The notes beneath the pieces were generated by a model, which was not told where the DNA came from, made no database searches, and saw only the letters and a list, made by a program, of their open reading frames with translations. Position numbers and translations under genes: made by a program. This document shows, piece after piece, positions 47,497 through 57,168 of a stretch of 64,000 nucleotides of DNA (the stretch's first letter is position 1; every line of letters begins with the position of its first letter). This DNA is from Candidatus Latescibacterota bacterium (GTDB taxonomy: Bacteria; Latescibacterota; UBA2968; GCA-2709665), in assembly GCA_965116875.1 (NCBI GenBank), contig OZ220733.1, positions 4,320,001 to 4,384,000 on the forward strand. The letters run 5' to 3'.

Positions 47497-48708
47497 TCAG
47501 TCACCCAATCGATACCCTTCCCCCGGCTGATTGAAGACGTAAGTGGGATTGTCTACGTCGTCTCCCAGCTTGCGGCGGATTTTCTTTACCGTTGTTCGCA
47601 AACGTCGCGTATCACCGGCGTCCAGCGTGTCCCAGACCCGCCTCAGCAGGTCTTCATTGGTCACCAACCGCCCCGCGTTCGCAGACAACTCCCGCATCAG
47701 ACGGTACTCGAGCCTGGTCAGATGTACCGGCCTGCCTGCGAGTGTCACTTCTCGCCTGTCGTAGTCAATCCTCAAGTCTCCCAGCACGAACGGCTCTTCC
47801 GAATGGGCTTGTACCCGCGCCTCACGGCGGCGCAGCGCTGCCCTGATCCTGGCCGACAGTTCGACGGGCGCAAAGGGTTTGACCACGTAGTCGGCTGCCC
47901 CGGCATCGAGTGCGCGGGCAATGGCTTCCTCGTGCGCGTACGCTGAGAGAAAGATGACCGGAAGGTCCGGATCTGCGATGACGTCGGTCATCACCTCAAC
48001 CCCGTCTGTTCCCGGCAGGACCAGGTCCAGCAGTACGAGCGCCGGACGGTGTTTCACCAGCAGTTCGGGTATGTCGTGCGGATTGGCGGTCCCGCAGGGT
48101 CGATATCCTTCGTCGGCCAGGACGTCCAGAACGTTTCGCAGCGTTTGAAGATCGTCGTCAACCGCCAGGATGCATGTCGACTCCCGTCCCGTCGCCCGCT
48201 TGTCCGCGTCGTCCGCCCGTCCGCCGCGCATCCGCATCCGTTCTTCTACGGGCGTCAGATCCTGCAGTGTCACCACAAGCGACTCGACCGCGCCGTCGTC
48301 CGAAAGAACCGGTCTGGCGTTCATCAGTGCGCTTACCCGTCGGTCGTCGGGGGCCGGGAACTCGACTTCCACTGCCCGAATCGTCTCGCCCGCGCTCACC
48401 GCCCGGGCAACGGGATGCTCCTCGAGCGAGAGCGTTCGCCCGTCTTCTCGTCGAACCGAGATCGCCTTCAGGAAATGATTCATCGACTGCCCTGCCGTCA
48501 ACAGGTCGCCGGCGAGCCTGCTTGCCTCGCGGTTGATGGATGCCAGTGTTCCCGCGATGGCATCGATGACGACGATGCCGATGGGCATCGTGTCCGTCAA
48601 CGTATGCATGTCGAGGCGCCCACTGATCCGTACGCTCGCTTCACCCGTGATGGAAGGCCTCGCCGCCACCGTTTTGTCTTCGCCTCCGGCCCGTTGCCCG
48701 GACTCCAT
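47497..48708 (-). CDS. PAS-REC-wHTH response regulator lacking the kinase core
   Basis: PAS domain homologous to that of the hybrid kinases, joined directly to REC (LLDLVLPGTDG, DYVVKPF) and wHTH; RBS GGGAGAGG. Confidence 0.88.
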   Translation of the reverse strand: MESGQRAGGEDKTVAARPSITGEASVRISGRLDMHTLTDTMPIGIVVIDAIAGTLASINREASRLAGDLLTAGQSMNHFLKAISVRREDGRTLSLEEHPVARAVSAGETIRAVEVEFPAPDDRRVSALMNARPVLSDDGAVESLVVTLQDLTPVEERMRMRGGRADDADKRATGRESTCILAVDDDLQTLRNVLDVLADEGYRPCGTANPHDIPELLVKHRPALVLLDLVLPGTDGVEVMTDVIADPDLPVIFLSAYAHEEAIARALDAGAADYVVKPFAPVELSARIRAALRRREARVQAHSEEPFVLGDLRIDYDRREVTLAGRPVHLTRLEYRLMRELSANAGRLVTNEDLLRRVWDTLDAGDTRRLRTTVKKIRRKLGDDVDNPTYVFNQPGEGYRLGD

Positions 48709-48818
48709 GACCTCTCCCTGATTGGCTGATTGAACTCCCTGGCATCGATCGACGGAAACCTCCCGCCCCAACGTTACGGAATGGTGGTGCGGTAGTTTTT
48801 TATTGGACGCTCAAAAAA

Positions 48819-48882
48819 TCACTAAAAAATCACGTAAAATAAACCCAATAGACACAAATAAGTCACGATTATTTGGTATATT
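48819..48882 (+). promoter_or_regulatory. Phased-box promoter 2
   Basis: TCACTAAAAAA/TCACGTAAAAT/AAACCCAATAG/ACACAAATAAG/TCACGATTATT then TGGTATATT. Confidence 0.7.
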
Positions 48883-49176
48883 TACATCAAAGTACGCCTC
48901 TGTACGGGGTCCGTCAAGGCAAATTGTGGCCAAAATCCGCTGAAATGTCATATTGGCGACCGCCCCCGGCTGGGGAGGGCTGCACGTCTGGAGGCACAGG
49001 GCACACGACAGACCCGGGGAGGGGACGCCGCGATCTACAGCATCAGGATTTCTGGTCGCATCAACCGGTAGCGACTTTTAAGTCGATGGAAGCGTGATCG
49101 AGTTGCAGAACAACCGGTATTCCGATCAGAACGTCCCCCGGAGTGGATACAGCCGTTATCAGGAAGGGAGAGACAT

Positions 49177-51984
49177 ATGCACAAAAGATGCCTCCGACTC
49201 GCCGTACGAATCGCATCGATCTCCATCATTGTCGGACTGAACGTCCTTCAGGGTCCGTCCGAGGTTTTCGCCGACCACGAGATTGCCACCTTGCGAGAGA
49301 TGAACGTGATCTCCGTACCTCCGGATTCCGCGTTCTACAGCGTCTTTTCTTCATATGGCCCCAATGGAAACACCTACGGGCTGGGAGAGATCATCGAAAT
49401 CGAGGCCACCTTCAACAGGGGCATGCTGGTCACAGGGAGCGGCGAGGTCTTGATGGACCTCACCGTCGGCGACTCGACGCGGACCGCCAGGTACCATCGC
49501 GGATCCGGCACGAGAAAGCTGGTCTTCCGTTACAAAGTGATCGCCACGGACACGGATACCGACGGGATCAGCGCACCCGCGACCGCCTGGAGCGGCAGCG
49601 GCACGGTGAAGACTTCCGTCTCCAACTTTGCGGCGGTCTTCACGCCCATAGGGCTCGACACCCAGTCGGGTCACAGGGTGAACGGCAGCCTGGGCCCCTG
49701 GGTCACCCAGGTGGAAATCGCCTCCACGCCTGCCTCCGGCACCACCTACCGGCATGGAGAAGAGGTCGAGATCGACGTGACGTACACCGCTCCCGTGCGG
49801 GTCGACAGCGTCGACCGACCCTGGCTGGCCTATTTCTGGGACCGGGCGTCGGATGGCACGGAACAGCAGAATTTCGCCTCGTACCGGAGCGGGACCGGTA
49901 CCAACACGCTGCGTCTCTCCTTTACGGTGAGATCCGAATTCAAGGACACCGACGGGGTGCGGATCGGGAGTGCTTTCCCTGATCAGCCGGGCGAGAGAAG
50001 GGAAAGAATCGTCTGGGCGTTGAATCACGACGGCGTGAGGGCGCCCTGGAAGATGTCGGGGCTCGACGCGGATCCCGACCACCAGATGAACGGGGAGCCT
50101 TACGTCAAGGGGGTTGCCGTCACCTCGAGTCCGGCCTACGGCGCCACCTACCGGCGCACGGAGGCGATCCGGATCACGGTCACCTTCGACCAGAACGTCC
50201 AGGTAGAGGGTACCGTGACCAAGGGCTTGAAGTTCACCTATGGCGACGGCGAATTCACCAGCCCATTTGCCGGACACGCCGGCGGCAACCGCACCCGGGC
50301 CCTGGTCTTCAAACACACGGTCGTGGAAGGGGATGAAGACACGGACGGTCTCACCGTCCTGGCCGGCGATGACGGTGGGTGGGGGGGGAGCGGAAAGATC
50401 TGGTCGTCGCGCCCCGCGGGCTCCCTGGAGACTCTGGCGCAAGCCGATCTGAGCCACAGCGAAATCGCGAACGCCGACAGCCACAAGGTGAACGGAGCGC
50501 TGACCCTGCCCGTTCCCGGCATCTCGTCGGTCGAGTTGGTAACGGATCCGGGGGACGACTCCACATATGTCGCCGGCGACTGGATTGGCGCAAAGGTGAC
50601 CTTCGACGAAAGCGTGTCCGTCACGGGAACTCCGCAGCTCGGGATGGGAATCGGGACAACGGAGAAGATCGCCCGGTTCGGGCAGGGCTCGTTCGAGGGA
50701 AGTGTCAGCCCCGGCGACAGGACCGCCGGCCCCGAGGTGGTCTTCGGCTACCAGGTGCAGGAAGGCGACGTCGACAGCGACGGCATCGCCATCGGGGAGG
50801 ACAAGCTCACCCTCAACGGCGGCGCCATCAAGCAGGCCGTGACGGACGTGGCCGCGGACCTTAGCCACGATCCCGTGACCTCCGATGCCGGCCACAAGGT
50901 GGATGCCGTGGCTCCTGTCGTGTCATCCATCGCCATCAGCTCCCGTGCGGGCGGCGATTCCCTCTACGCCATCGGCGACAGCATCGAGGTGACGATGACC
51001 TTCAGCGAGGAGGTGACTGTCTCCGGCGCCCCGCAACTGGAGCTGGACCTCGGCGGAGAGGCGAAAACGGCCGCCTACGATTCCCCCGGTGATTCAACAG
51101 CGGTCTTTGCCTACGTCGTTCAGGAGGGGGACGCCGACACGGACGGCATCGCCATCGACGCCGACACCCTCGGTCTCGAGGACGACAGCGCCATCACGGA
51201 CCGCGTCGGCAATCCGGCGGAGCTGGCCTACGGGGCCGTCGCCGCCGACCGCGCCCACAGGGTCGACGGGGTGCCCCCGACTCGCAGCTCCGCGGAAGTC
51301 CTCCACACCGGCCGCCAGGTCAACCTGTTTTTCAGCGAGCAGGTCACCATTCCCCGGATTCTTCGCACGATCAGTGGCATCGTCAACGTAAATCTCGGTC
51401 AGTTCTACATAGCCGTCCTGACCCTTGAGGTGGACGGCGATCAGGTGAGGCCCAGTTCCGCCTCTCTTCACGGTCTCACGTTGCAGCTGGGCCTCAACGC
51501 CTCGAATCGGGTGACCGAGAACCAAAGGGTCAAAATATCCTACGACAACATCTTCGCCCGCGATGCAGTGGGGCTCTTCATCGACAGGGTCGGCAACCCG
51601 ATGGCCAACTTCGGCGCCGCCACTGCACAGAACCTTTCCAACCAGGCGGACGCGGAGGAACCGGACGTCGGGCAACTGGTATTGAGCCGGAACGAATTGA
51701 GGATCAACGAAGGGGAAACCAGAGGGTATACGGTGGCCCTGGAGTCCCAGCCTTCCGACAGCGTGACCGTCGCCGTCAGCAGCTCCTCGAGCAAGCTGTC
51801 CGCCAATCGTGACAGCCTCACCTTCACCACGGACAACTGGCATGTGGCGCAGCGGGTGAGGCTCACCGCCAGCCAGGACGACGACGACCTGAACTATTGG
51901 GTGGCTGTGACCAACAGGGGCAGCGGGGGAGGGTACGACGACACAAGGAAGTGGGTGCTTGTCGTCATCGACGACGACGACTGA
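49177..51984 (+). CDS. Large secreted or surface protein with five Ig-like repeats plus SwmB-like and Calx-beta-like C-terminal domains
   Basis: Signal peptide; repeats of TY..G..I.V.VTF...V.V.G.P.L...F.Y.V..GD.D.DG...H.V.G; C-terminal EGETRGYTVAL.SQP...LTFT..NW...Q.V...DDD. Confidence 0.8.
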   Translation: MHKRCLRLAVRIASISIIVGLNVLQGPSEVFADHEIATLREMNVISVPPDSAFYSVFSSYGPNGNTYGLGEIIEIEATFNRGMLVTGSGEVLMDLTVGDSTRTARYHRGSGTRKLVFRYKVIATDTDTDGISAPATAWSGSGTVKTSVSNFAAVFTPIGLDTQSGHRVNGSLGPWVTQVEIASTPASGTTYRHGEEVEIDVTYTAPVRVDSVDRPWLAYFWDRASDGTEQQNFASYRSGTGTNTLRLSFTVRSEFKDTDGVRIGSAFPDQPGERRERIVWALNHDGVRAPWKMSGLDADPDHQMNGEPYVKGVAVTSSPAYGATYRRTEAIRITVTFDQNVQVEGTVTKGLKFTYGDGEFTSPFAGHAGGNRTRALVFKHTVVEGDEDTDGLTVLAGDDGGWGGSGKIWSSRPAGSLETLAQADLSHSEIANADSHKVNGALTLPVPGISSVELVTDPGDDSTYVAGDWIGAKVTFDESVSVTGTPQLGMGIGTTEKIARFGQGSFEGSVSPGDRTAGPEVVFGYQVQEGDVDSDGIAIGEDKLTLNGGAIKQAVTDVAADLSHDPVTSDAGHKVDAVAPVVSSIAISSRAGGDSLYAIGDSIEVTMTFSEEVTVSGAPQLELDLGGEAKTAAYDSPGDSTAVFAYVVQEGDADTDGIAIDADTLGLEDDSAITDRVGNPAELAYGAVAADRAHRVDGVPPTRSSAEVLHTGRQVNLFFSEQVTIPRILRTISGIVNVNLGQFYIAVLTLEVDGDQVRPSSASLHGLTLQLGLNASNRVTENQRVKISYDNIFARDAVGLFIDRVGNPMANFGAATAQNLSNQADAEEPDVGQLVLSRNELRINEGETRGYTVALESQPSDSVTVAVSSSSSKLSANRDSLTFTTDNWHVAQRVRLTASQDDDDLNYWVAVTNRGSGGGYDDTRKWVLVVIDDDD

Positions 51985-52051
51985 AAGGTACTACCCGCCG
52001 ACGCGCCTGCCGGCGTCACACAGAGACTTCAAACCGGATCGAGGCAGCAAA

Positions 52052-53299
52052 ATGAAGGCATTGTTGTTGTTCGTTATCGTGATCTTTCCGGTCTCTTCAT
52101 GGGCAGACGCGCCTTCTCCGCCGGATACGTGGAACCTGGTTCCGAACAGTCTTGATTTCAATATTCGGACCATTGTCTATCCTCCGGACGAAGAGGTCGA
52201 TCCCATTCCCGTGACGCCCTATCTCACCCTTGAATTGTACCGGTGCAATTCCTACAGGCTGACCGTTGGGGTCCGGGCGGCAGCGGGGTACAGGTTTCCC
52301 CATTTCCTGCCAGGCCGGCAGGCTCACGAACCGGTTCCTGAATCGAGAGCCGTCGTCGCGTTCGGCTACTATACACTGCAATCCGATATCCTGCGTTTCA
52401 ACGCTCATTATTTGAGCCTGTTCGAAGACGGCGAAGATCTGGAAAACGTCGTAAAGCTGTCCGATAGCGAGATGGCACTGGAGGAATACAGGCTCGTTAT
52501 CACCTTCGTAAACACGATTTTCCTTGAGTTCTTTAACGACCTCTACGCGCACCTGACCCGCGACCGGCTGGTCTTCATGCTGCCCGGCGACAGCGATTTT
52601 GCCGACCCTTTCGCGGATTCTGGCGAGGAAATCGTCTGGGAACTGGCGCGGCCGGGAGGTCCCTCGTCGATTTCCCGGTCGGCGGTACAGGCCACCGTAA
52701 CGGGAAAGGCGACGGAGGCTCTGACGGTGGAATTCGCCCGTTCGGTATCGGGGCGGCCCCCGCAATTCGCCTGGTGTGCGGTCACCGACGGCGCAGGCCG
52801 CGTGGAGCTGGACGTCGTCACGCTGCACGGTTCGGGAGTCACCGGCTACTACAGCGCTCGCGCCCGCAATGAAGCCGGCGAGATCGTGGGCCGATGGCGC
52901 AGCATTCCTCTCAACGAGGACCACCGCCAGATCCTGGAATTGACACTGGGGGGCGGCGTGCGGGTGCTTGCCAGCCACGCGCTCTATTCAGGCAAAGTCG
53001 CGCCGCCCGGGAACGCACAACCTGAAGCCGGGTTGGCGCCCAATTTTCCCAATCCGTTCAACAGCAGCACGCTGATCGTGTACCGTCTGGCGGACGCGGG
53101 TCCCGTGCGTCTGGAGGTCTTCAATTCCCTGGGCCAGCATCTGAACACGCTGGTGGATGATCATCAGGCCGCGGGCAGGTACGTGGTCCGGTGGCACGCG
53201 CGCGACCGGCGCGGGAATGAAGTGGCCGCAGGTGTTTACGTCATGCGCCTGTTCCATCCGGGTGGCATGGACGCCCGGCGCATGTTGTACCTCAAGTAA
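52052..53299 (+). CDS. Secreted protein with C-terminal FlgD-Ig / T9SS-CTD-like domain
   Basis: Signal peptide MKALLLFV...WA; C-terminal NFPNPFNSST.I.Y.L.....V.LEVFN.LGQ...L......G.Y...W...D..G..VAAGVY...MLYLK. Confidence 0.8.
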   Translation: MKALLLFVIVIFPVSSWADAPSPPDTWNLVPNSLDFNIRTIVYPPDEEVDPIPVTPYLTLELYRCNSYRLTVGVRAAAGYRFPHFLPGRQAHEPVPESRAVVAFGYYTLQSDILRFNAHYLSLFEDGEDLENVVKLSDSEMALEEYRLVITFVNTIFLEFFNDLYAHLTRDRLVFMLPGDSDFADPFADSGEEIVWELARPGGPSSISRSAVQATVTGKATEALTVEFARSVSGRPPQFAWCAVTDGAGRVELDVVTLHGSGVTGYYSARARNEAGEIVGRWRSIPLNEDHRQILELTLGGGVRVLASHALYSGKVAPPGNAQPEAGLAPNFPNPFNSSTLIVYRLADAGPVRLEVFNSLGQHLNTLVDDHQAAGRYVVRWHARDRRGNEVAAGVYVMRLFHPGGMDARRMLYLK

Positions 53300-53375
53300 C
53301 GAGACTGAACAAGCTTTCAGGACAGGATTGAAACACGCCGCTGGATAAACAGAATCGGGGATAGGAGGAAATGCA

Positions 53376-54134
53376 ATGAAATACGCACTGGCTCATTCGA
53401 TCGTCGCGATGGCCGTTCTGGCAACCGCCGTTGCGGCGGAAGAGCCTCGTTTTGAGGGACAGGTGGTCAATCCGAAGTCCCAACCGGTCAAAAGGGTGGA
53501 GGTAGTGGTTTTCAGGCTCGATGATCCGCGTCAGAGGCTGACCGCGCTAACGGATGAAAGCGGGGGTTTCTCGCTGCCGCTGCGAGACCTTGTTCCGCCG
53601 AGACCGAATGCGCTGCTGCAGAATCATCCGAATCCATTCAATCCTTCCACCCTGATACCCTTTGAGATCGAGAAGCGCGGGCACGTGCGTCTGGACGTTT
53701 ATAACATTCTGGGACAGCGCGTGATCACGCTGGTCGACGAAGAACGCCCGGCCGGATTCCACAGGGTGCAGTGGGACGGCGCCGACAGACGTGGCAGGGG
53801 CGTGAGCGCGGGGGTCTACATCTACCGGCTCAGCACGGGAAACTGGCACGATGCGCGGAAACTGATGCTGCTGGACGGCGCGTCTGGGCGTGTTGGCGGT
53901 AACGCGGCGGGATTCTCGGAAGAAGCAGGGGCTCACACGCTGGGTGTGAAGATTACGGGCGAGGAGATCCTGCCATCGACCTTTACCTGGAGCCGGGACT
54001 CCGGGCCCCTGGTGGCGGAAGTGAAAGGAATAGAAGACCTCCTTCCGCCTGAGGTCGTGGACTCCAGGACCGGAGCCAATCCCTTCTCCGGTACCAGCCT
54101 CGCGTCCATCATCCAGATCGTTTCAGCGCGCTGA
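53376..54134 (+). CDS. Secreted protein: carboxypeptidase-regulatory-like domain with an internal FlgD-Ig-like domain
   Basis: RBS AGGAGG; signal peptide; G.V......V..VEV...TDESG.F; QNHPNPFNPST...SAGVYIYRL. Confidence 0.78.
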   Translation: MKYALAHSIVAMAVLATAVAAEEPRFEGQVVNPKSQPVKRVEVVVFRLDDPRQRLTALTDESGGFSLPLRDLVPPRPNALLQNHPNPFNPSTLIPFEIEKRGHVRLDVYNILGQRVITLVDEERPAGFHRVQWDGADRRGRGVSAGVYIYRLSTGNWHDARKLMLLDGASGRVGGNAAGFSEEAGAHTLGVKITGEEILPSTFTWSRDSGPLVAEVKGIEDLLPPEVVDSRTGANPFSGTSLASIIQIVSAR

Positions 54135-54169
54135 AACTAGATCCGTCGGCGACGTCAGCCCATACGGGC

Positions 54170-54205
54170 GGCCCTGTCTCGCATTGACGCCGGCAGGGCC
54201 TTTTT
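54170..54205 (+). terminator. Probable intrinsic terminator ending the 49177-54134 unit
   Basis: GGCCCTGTC...GGCAGGGCC followed by TTTTTG. Confidence 0.6.
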
Positions 54206-54320
54206 GTGTCGGGTGAATTCGTTGCTTCACAAACCCACGTGTGATTCTACCGCAACCGCGCCTGCGCTTTCATGATGAGGAAGCCTTCCGGCTGACGATA
54301 CGCCGCCGGCGCTTCTCTGC

Positions 54321-56732
54321 CTACGCGCTCTTCGACGCTGTTTCCCGACCCTTCGGCTTTCCGATGCGGTAGCCGACTCCGTGTTCCGTGAAAATGTACT
54401 TCGGGTCGGCGGCGTTGTCCCCCAACTTTCCACGCAGTCTCCTGACCAGGGAACGGACGTGTCGCAAATCGCGCCCGCCGCGCCCGCCCCAGATTCGGCG
54501 CAACAGGGCCTCATGCGTCACCACCCGACTGGGGTTGGTGGTGAGTTCATGCAACATCCGATACTCGTTCCTGGTCAGTTGCACGTCCAGCCCGCCTAAC
54601 GTCACGAGCCGTTCCCTGTAGTCCAGCGTCAGTTCCAGATACACGAAGGGAGCGTCGGGCGCCGCCTGGACCGGACCGGCCTCCTTTTTCAGTGCGGCGT
54701 TGATTCTTGCAACGAGTTCCGTCGGTGAAAAGGGCTTTACGATATAGTCGGACGCGCCCGATTCGAATGCCCGTGCGATGTTGTCTTCCCGGCCGTATCC
54801 GGACAGGACGATCACGGGCACCTTGTCGACCTTGACGACCTCCCCCAACAGTTCAAATCCGTCGGTACCCGGCAGGATCAGGTCGAGCAGCACCAGGCAG
54901 GGTTCGTGCAACTCGATGAGATCCGCGACCTCTCCCGGGTCGGCGGTCACAATGGGCGTGAAGCCCGCATTCTTAAGGATCTCACGAACGGATTTGAGCG
55001 TCTGCGGGTCGTCGTCCACCGCCAGAATTCTTCCTCCCCCTTCTTCGATATCGGGCGAATGCTCGGTGCTGGTCCCGGCCGTACGGGCCGGCGATGCCGG
55101 TACCTCCTCGGCCACCGGTACGGTGAACGAGACCTTCGTGCCCTCGCCCGATCCTTCGCTCTCGGCCCATATCCGCCCGCCGTGGGCCTCTACGATGCCT
55201 TTGCAGATCGCCAGGCCCAGGCCGGTTTCGTGATTTCTGCGTTCGTCGTCGTTCCGTGAGAACTTCCTGAACAGGTGCGGCAGGAGATCCGCGGTGACTC
55301 CCGAGCCTTCATCCGTAACGGAAACCTCCACGTGGAAGTCACCAGGAACCGCGGTGAGGCGGATGGCGGATGACGCGTCGGAGTATCGTGCCGCGTTCGT
55401 AAGGAGATTGTTCAATACCTGCACGACCCGGCGCCGGTCGGCCATGACCCGTGGCAGGTCCGGCGGAAGGTCGAACTCGATGTTATTGCTGCCCCCGCCA
55501 CTCAGAAACGTGCTTCTGGCCTGTTCGACGATGGCGGTAAGGTCGGTCGGGTCAGGAACGACCGAGAGCGAGCCGGTCTCGATCTGCGCCACGTCGAGCA
55601 GGTCGCTGATCATATCCCGCATGCGGTCCGCCTGGTGGTCGATGATCCGGTGGAACTGCCGCATTTCGGCGGGGTCGAGGATCGACGAATCGTCCAGCAG
55701 GGTCGTGGTAGAGCCCTTTATGGACGACAGCGGGATCCGGAGTTCATGGCTGACCATGGCCAGGAACTCGGCACGAAGGCGCTCCAGGTCCTCCAGGGGG
55801 GCCATGTCCTGCATCGTCGCAACAACGGACTCGATATTGCCATCCCTGGAACGGATGGGCGTGGCATTGACCAGCGTCGTCACGGACCGGCCGTCGGGCA
55901 CAGCGAGGACGATCTCCTCCGCACGGACGGTCTCGCCTGCGCGCAACAGCTGCACCAGGGGTAACTCTTTAAGGGAGACCTCCCGACCGTCGGCGCGCCG
56001 AAAGGTCAGCACCTCCAGAATCTGCTCCTCCGGATAGCCCGGTGTTCGTAGGTCTCCCACGATCCTTCTGGCCTCGCGGTTGAACGTCAGTGGCGATCCG
56101 GACCCGGCGTCCAGGACCGCGACCCCGATCGGTGAAGTGTCGATCAGGGTCTCCAGGTCCAGCCTTGCCTTCTGTTCGTCCCGGTGCCGGCGTGCGTTGG
56201 CGATGACCAGCGCCGCCTGCGAGGCAAACATCACCAGGGTCTCTTCGTCTTCGGCCGTGAACGCTTCTCCACCTTCCTTTTCGCACAGATAGAACGTTCC
56301 CACGCTCTCACCGCGGTAGCGGATCGGCGCTGCCAACAGCGCGGGGGACGGACTCAAAGGTAACTGGGGGCGGAACTCAGGCAGGCCCTCGGATCTGAGG
56401 TGGCTTTGTACGTCCCGCAGCCGAAGCGGCTCCGTAATCGCGGAGAAGTGTTCAAAGAGCCTGTCCCTTCCCGGGTGAAACCACAAACGCCTGGACTGAT
56501 AGGGCGTAAACCCTGAGGTAATGCAGTCCTGCGCCTGTCCTGCATCGTCCAGCAGCGCCATCATGCCGTACCTGGCATTGGTCAGCGATCTCGCGCTGTC
56601 CACGGCTTCCTTCAGTACAGCATCGAATTCGAGACTTTCGTTGATGCGAAGGCTGGCCTCGCTCAGCTTTGTGAGGCGGTCCCGCAGGGCAGCCGCTTCC
56701 GGATTGCGCTCGTCCGATTTCGTCACGCTCAA
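54321..56732 (-). CDS. Second soluble hybrid regulator GAF-PAS-HisKA-HATPase-REC-wHTH (paralog of 44891-47332)
   Basis: Same motifs (VSHELRIPLSSIKG, NLLTNA, GLGL, LLDLILPG, YIFTEHGVGY); start is TTG 56732 or GTG 56726. Confidence 0.93.
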   Translation of the reverse strand: MSVTKSDERNPEAAALRDRLTKLSEASLRINESLEFDAVLKEAVDSARSLTNARYGMMALLDDAGQAQDCITSGFTPYQSRRLWFHPGRDRLFEHFSAITEPLRLRDVQSHLRSEGLPEFRPQLPLSPSPALLAAPIRYRGESVGTFYLCEKEGGEAFTAEDEETLVMFASQAALVIANARRHRDEQKARLDLETLIDTSPIGVAVLDAGSGSPLTFNREARRIVGDLRTPGYPEEQILEVLTFRRADGREVSLKELPLVQLLRAGETVRAEEIVLAVPDGRSVTTLVNATPIRSRDGNIESVVATMQDMAPLEDLERLRAEFLAMVSHELRIPLSSIKGSTTTLLDDSSILDPAEMRQFHRIIDHQADRMRDMISDLLDVAQIETGSLSVVPDPTDLTAIVEQARSTFLSGGGSNNIEFDLPPDLPRVMADRRRVVQVLNNLLTNAARYSDASSAIRLTAVPGDFHVEVSVTDEGSGVTADLLPHLFRKFSRNDDERRNHETGLGLAICKGIVEAHGGRIWAESEGSGEGTKVSFTVPVAEEVPASPARTAGTSTEHSPDIEEGGGRILAVDDDPQTLKSVREILKNAGFTPIVTADPGEVADLIELHEPCLVLLDLILPGTDGFELLGEVVKVDKVPVIVLSGYGREDNIARAFESGASDYIVKPFSPTELVARINAALKKEAGPVQAAPDAPFVYLELTLDYRERLVTLGGLDVQLTRNEYRMLHELTTNPSRVVTHEALLRRIWGGRGGRDLRHVRSLVRRLRGKLGDNAADPKYIFTEHGVGYRIGKPKGRETASKSA

Positions 56733-56830
56733 ACCTCACTGATTTCGCGCTCCGTCTCCGGCCGGGGATGGTCCAGCCCAAGCCGGTGACGCGTACACGG
56801 CTCAATCAAATCTGTCGAATTGTCAAAATA

Positions 56831-56894
56831 TCACGATAATAGCACGAAAAAATGACCCGTTCTCACAGATTTGTTATAACTATTTCTTTATATT
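56831..56894 (+). promoter_or_regulatory. Phased-box promoter 3
   Basis: TCACGATAATA/GCACGAAAAAA/TGACCC.../TCACAG...; TATATT at 56889, 58 bp after the first box as in promoters 1 and 2. Confidence 0.6.
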
Positions 56895-57168
56895 ATGCGC
56901 AACATAAGACAGAATGCTTGAATAATCCAGCGGATTCTTTAGAAAAATCCAGATTTCCTGGAAAAGCATCGGTCGCGTGACCACCGGCAGTGGCGCCATC
57001 TGTTTCCTCCTGAACACCTGGGTCGCCCGGTTTCCGCAGCCCTGACCTGAGGAATCTGAGCAGATCGAAGGGCCGGACGGCCGCCGCAGAATGCGCCACC
57101 TTCGTATTCAGATCGCAATATTCGATGCCTGTTCCAATTGATGTCGAAACTGCAAAGGGAGACAACCC

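Noticed and set aside
48900-49170. c-di-GMP or other riboswitch in the long leader
   Set aside because: Only a GGCAAA fragment matches; the paired elements are absent.
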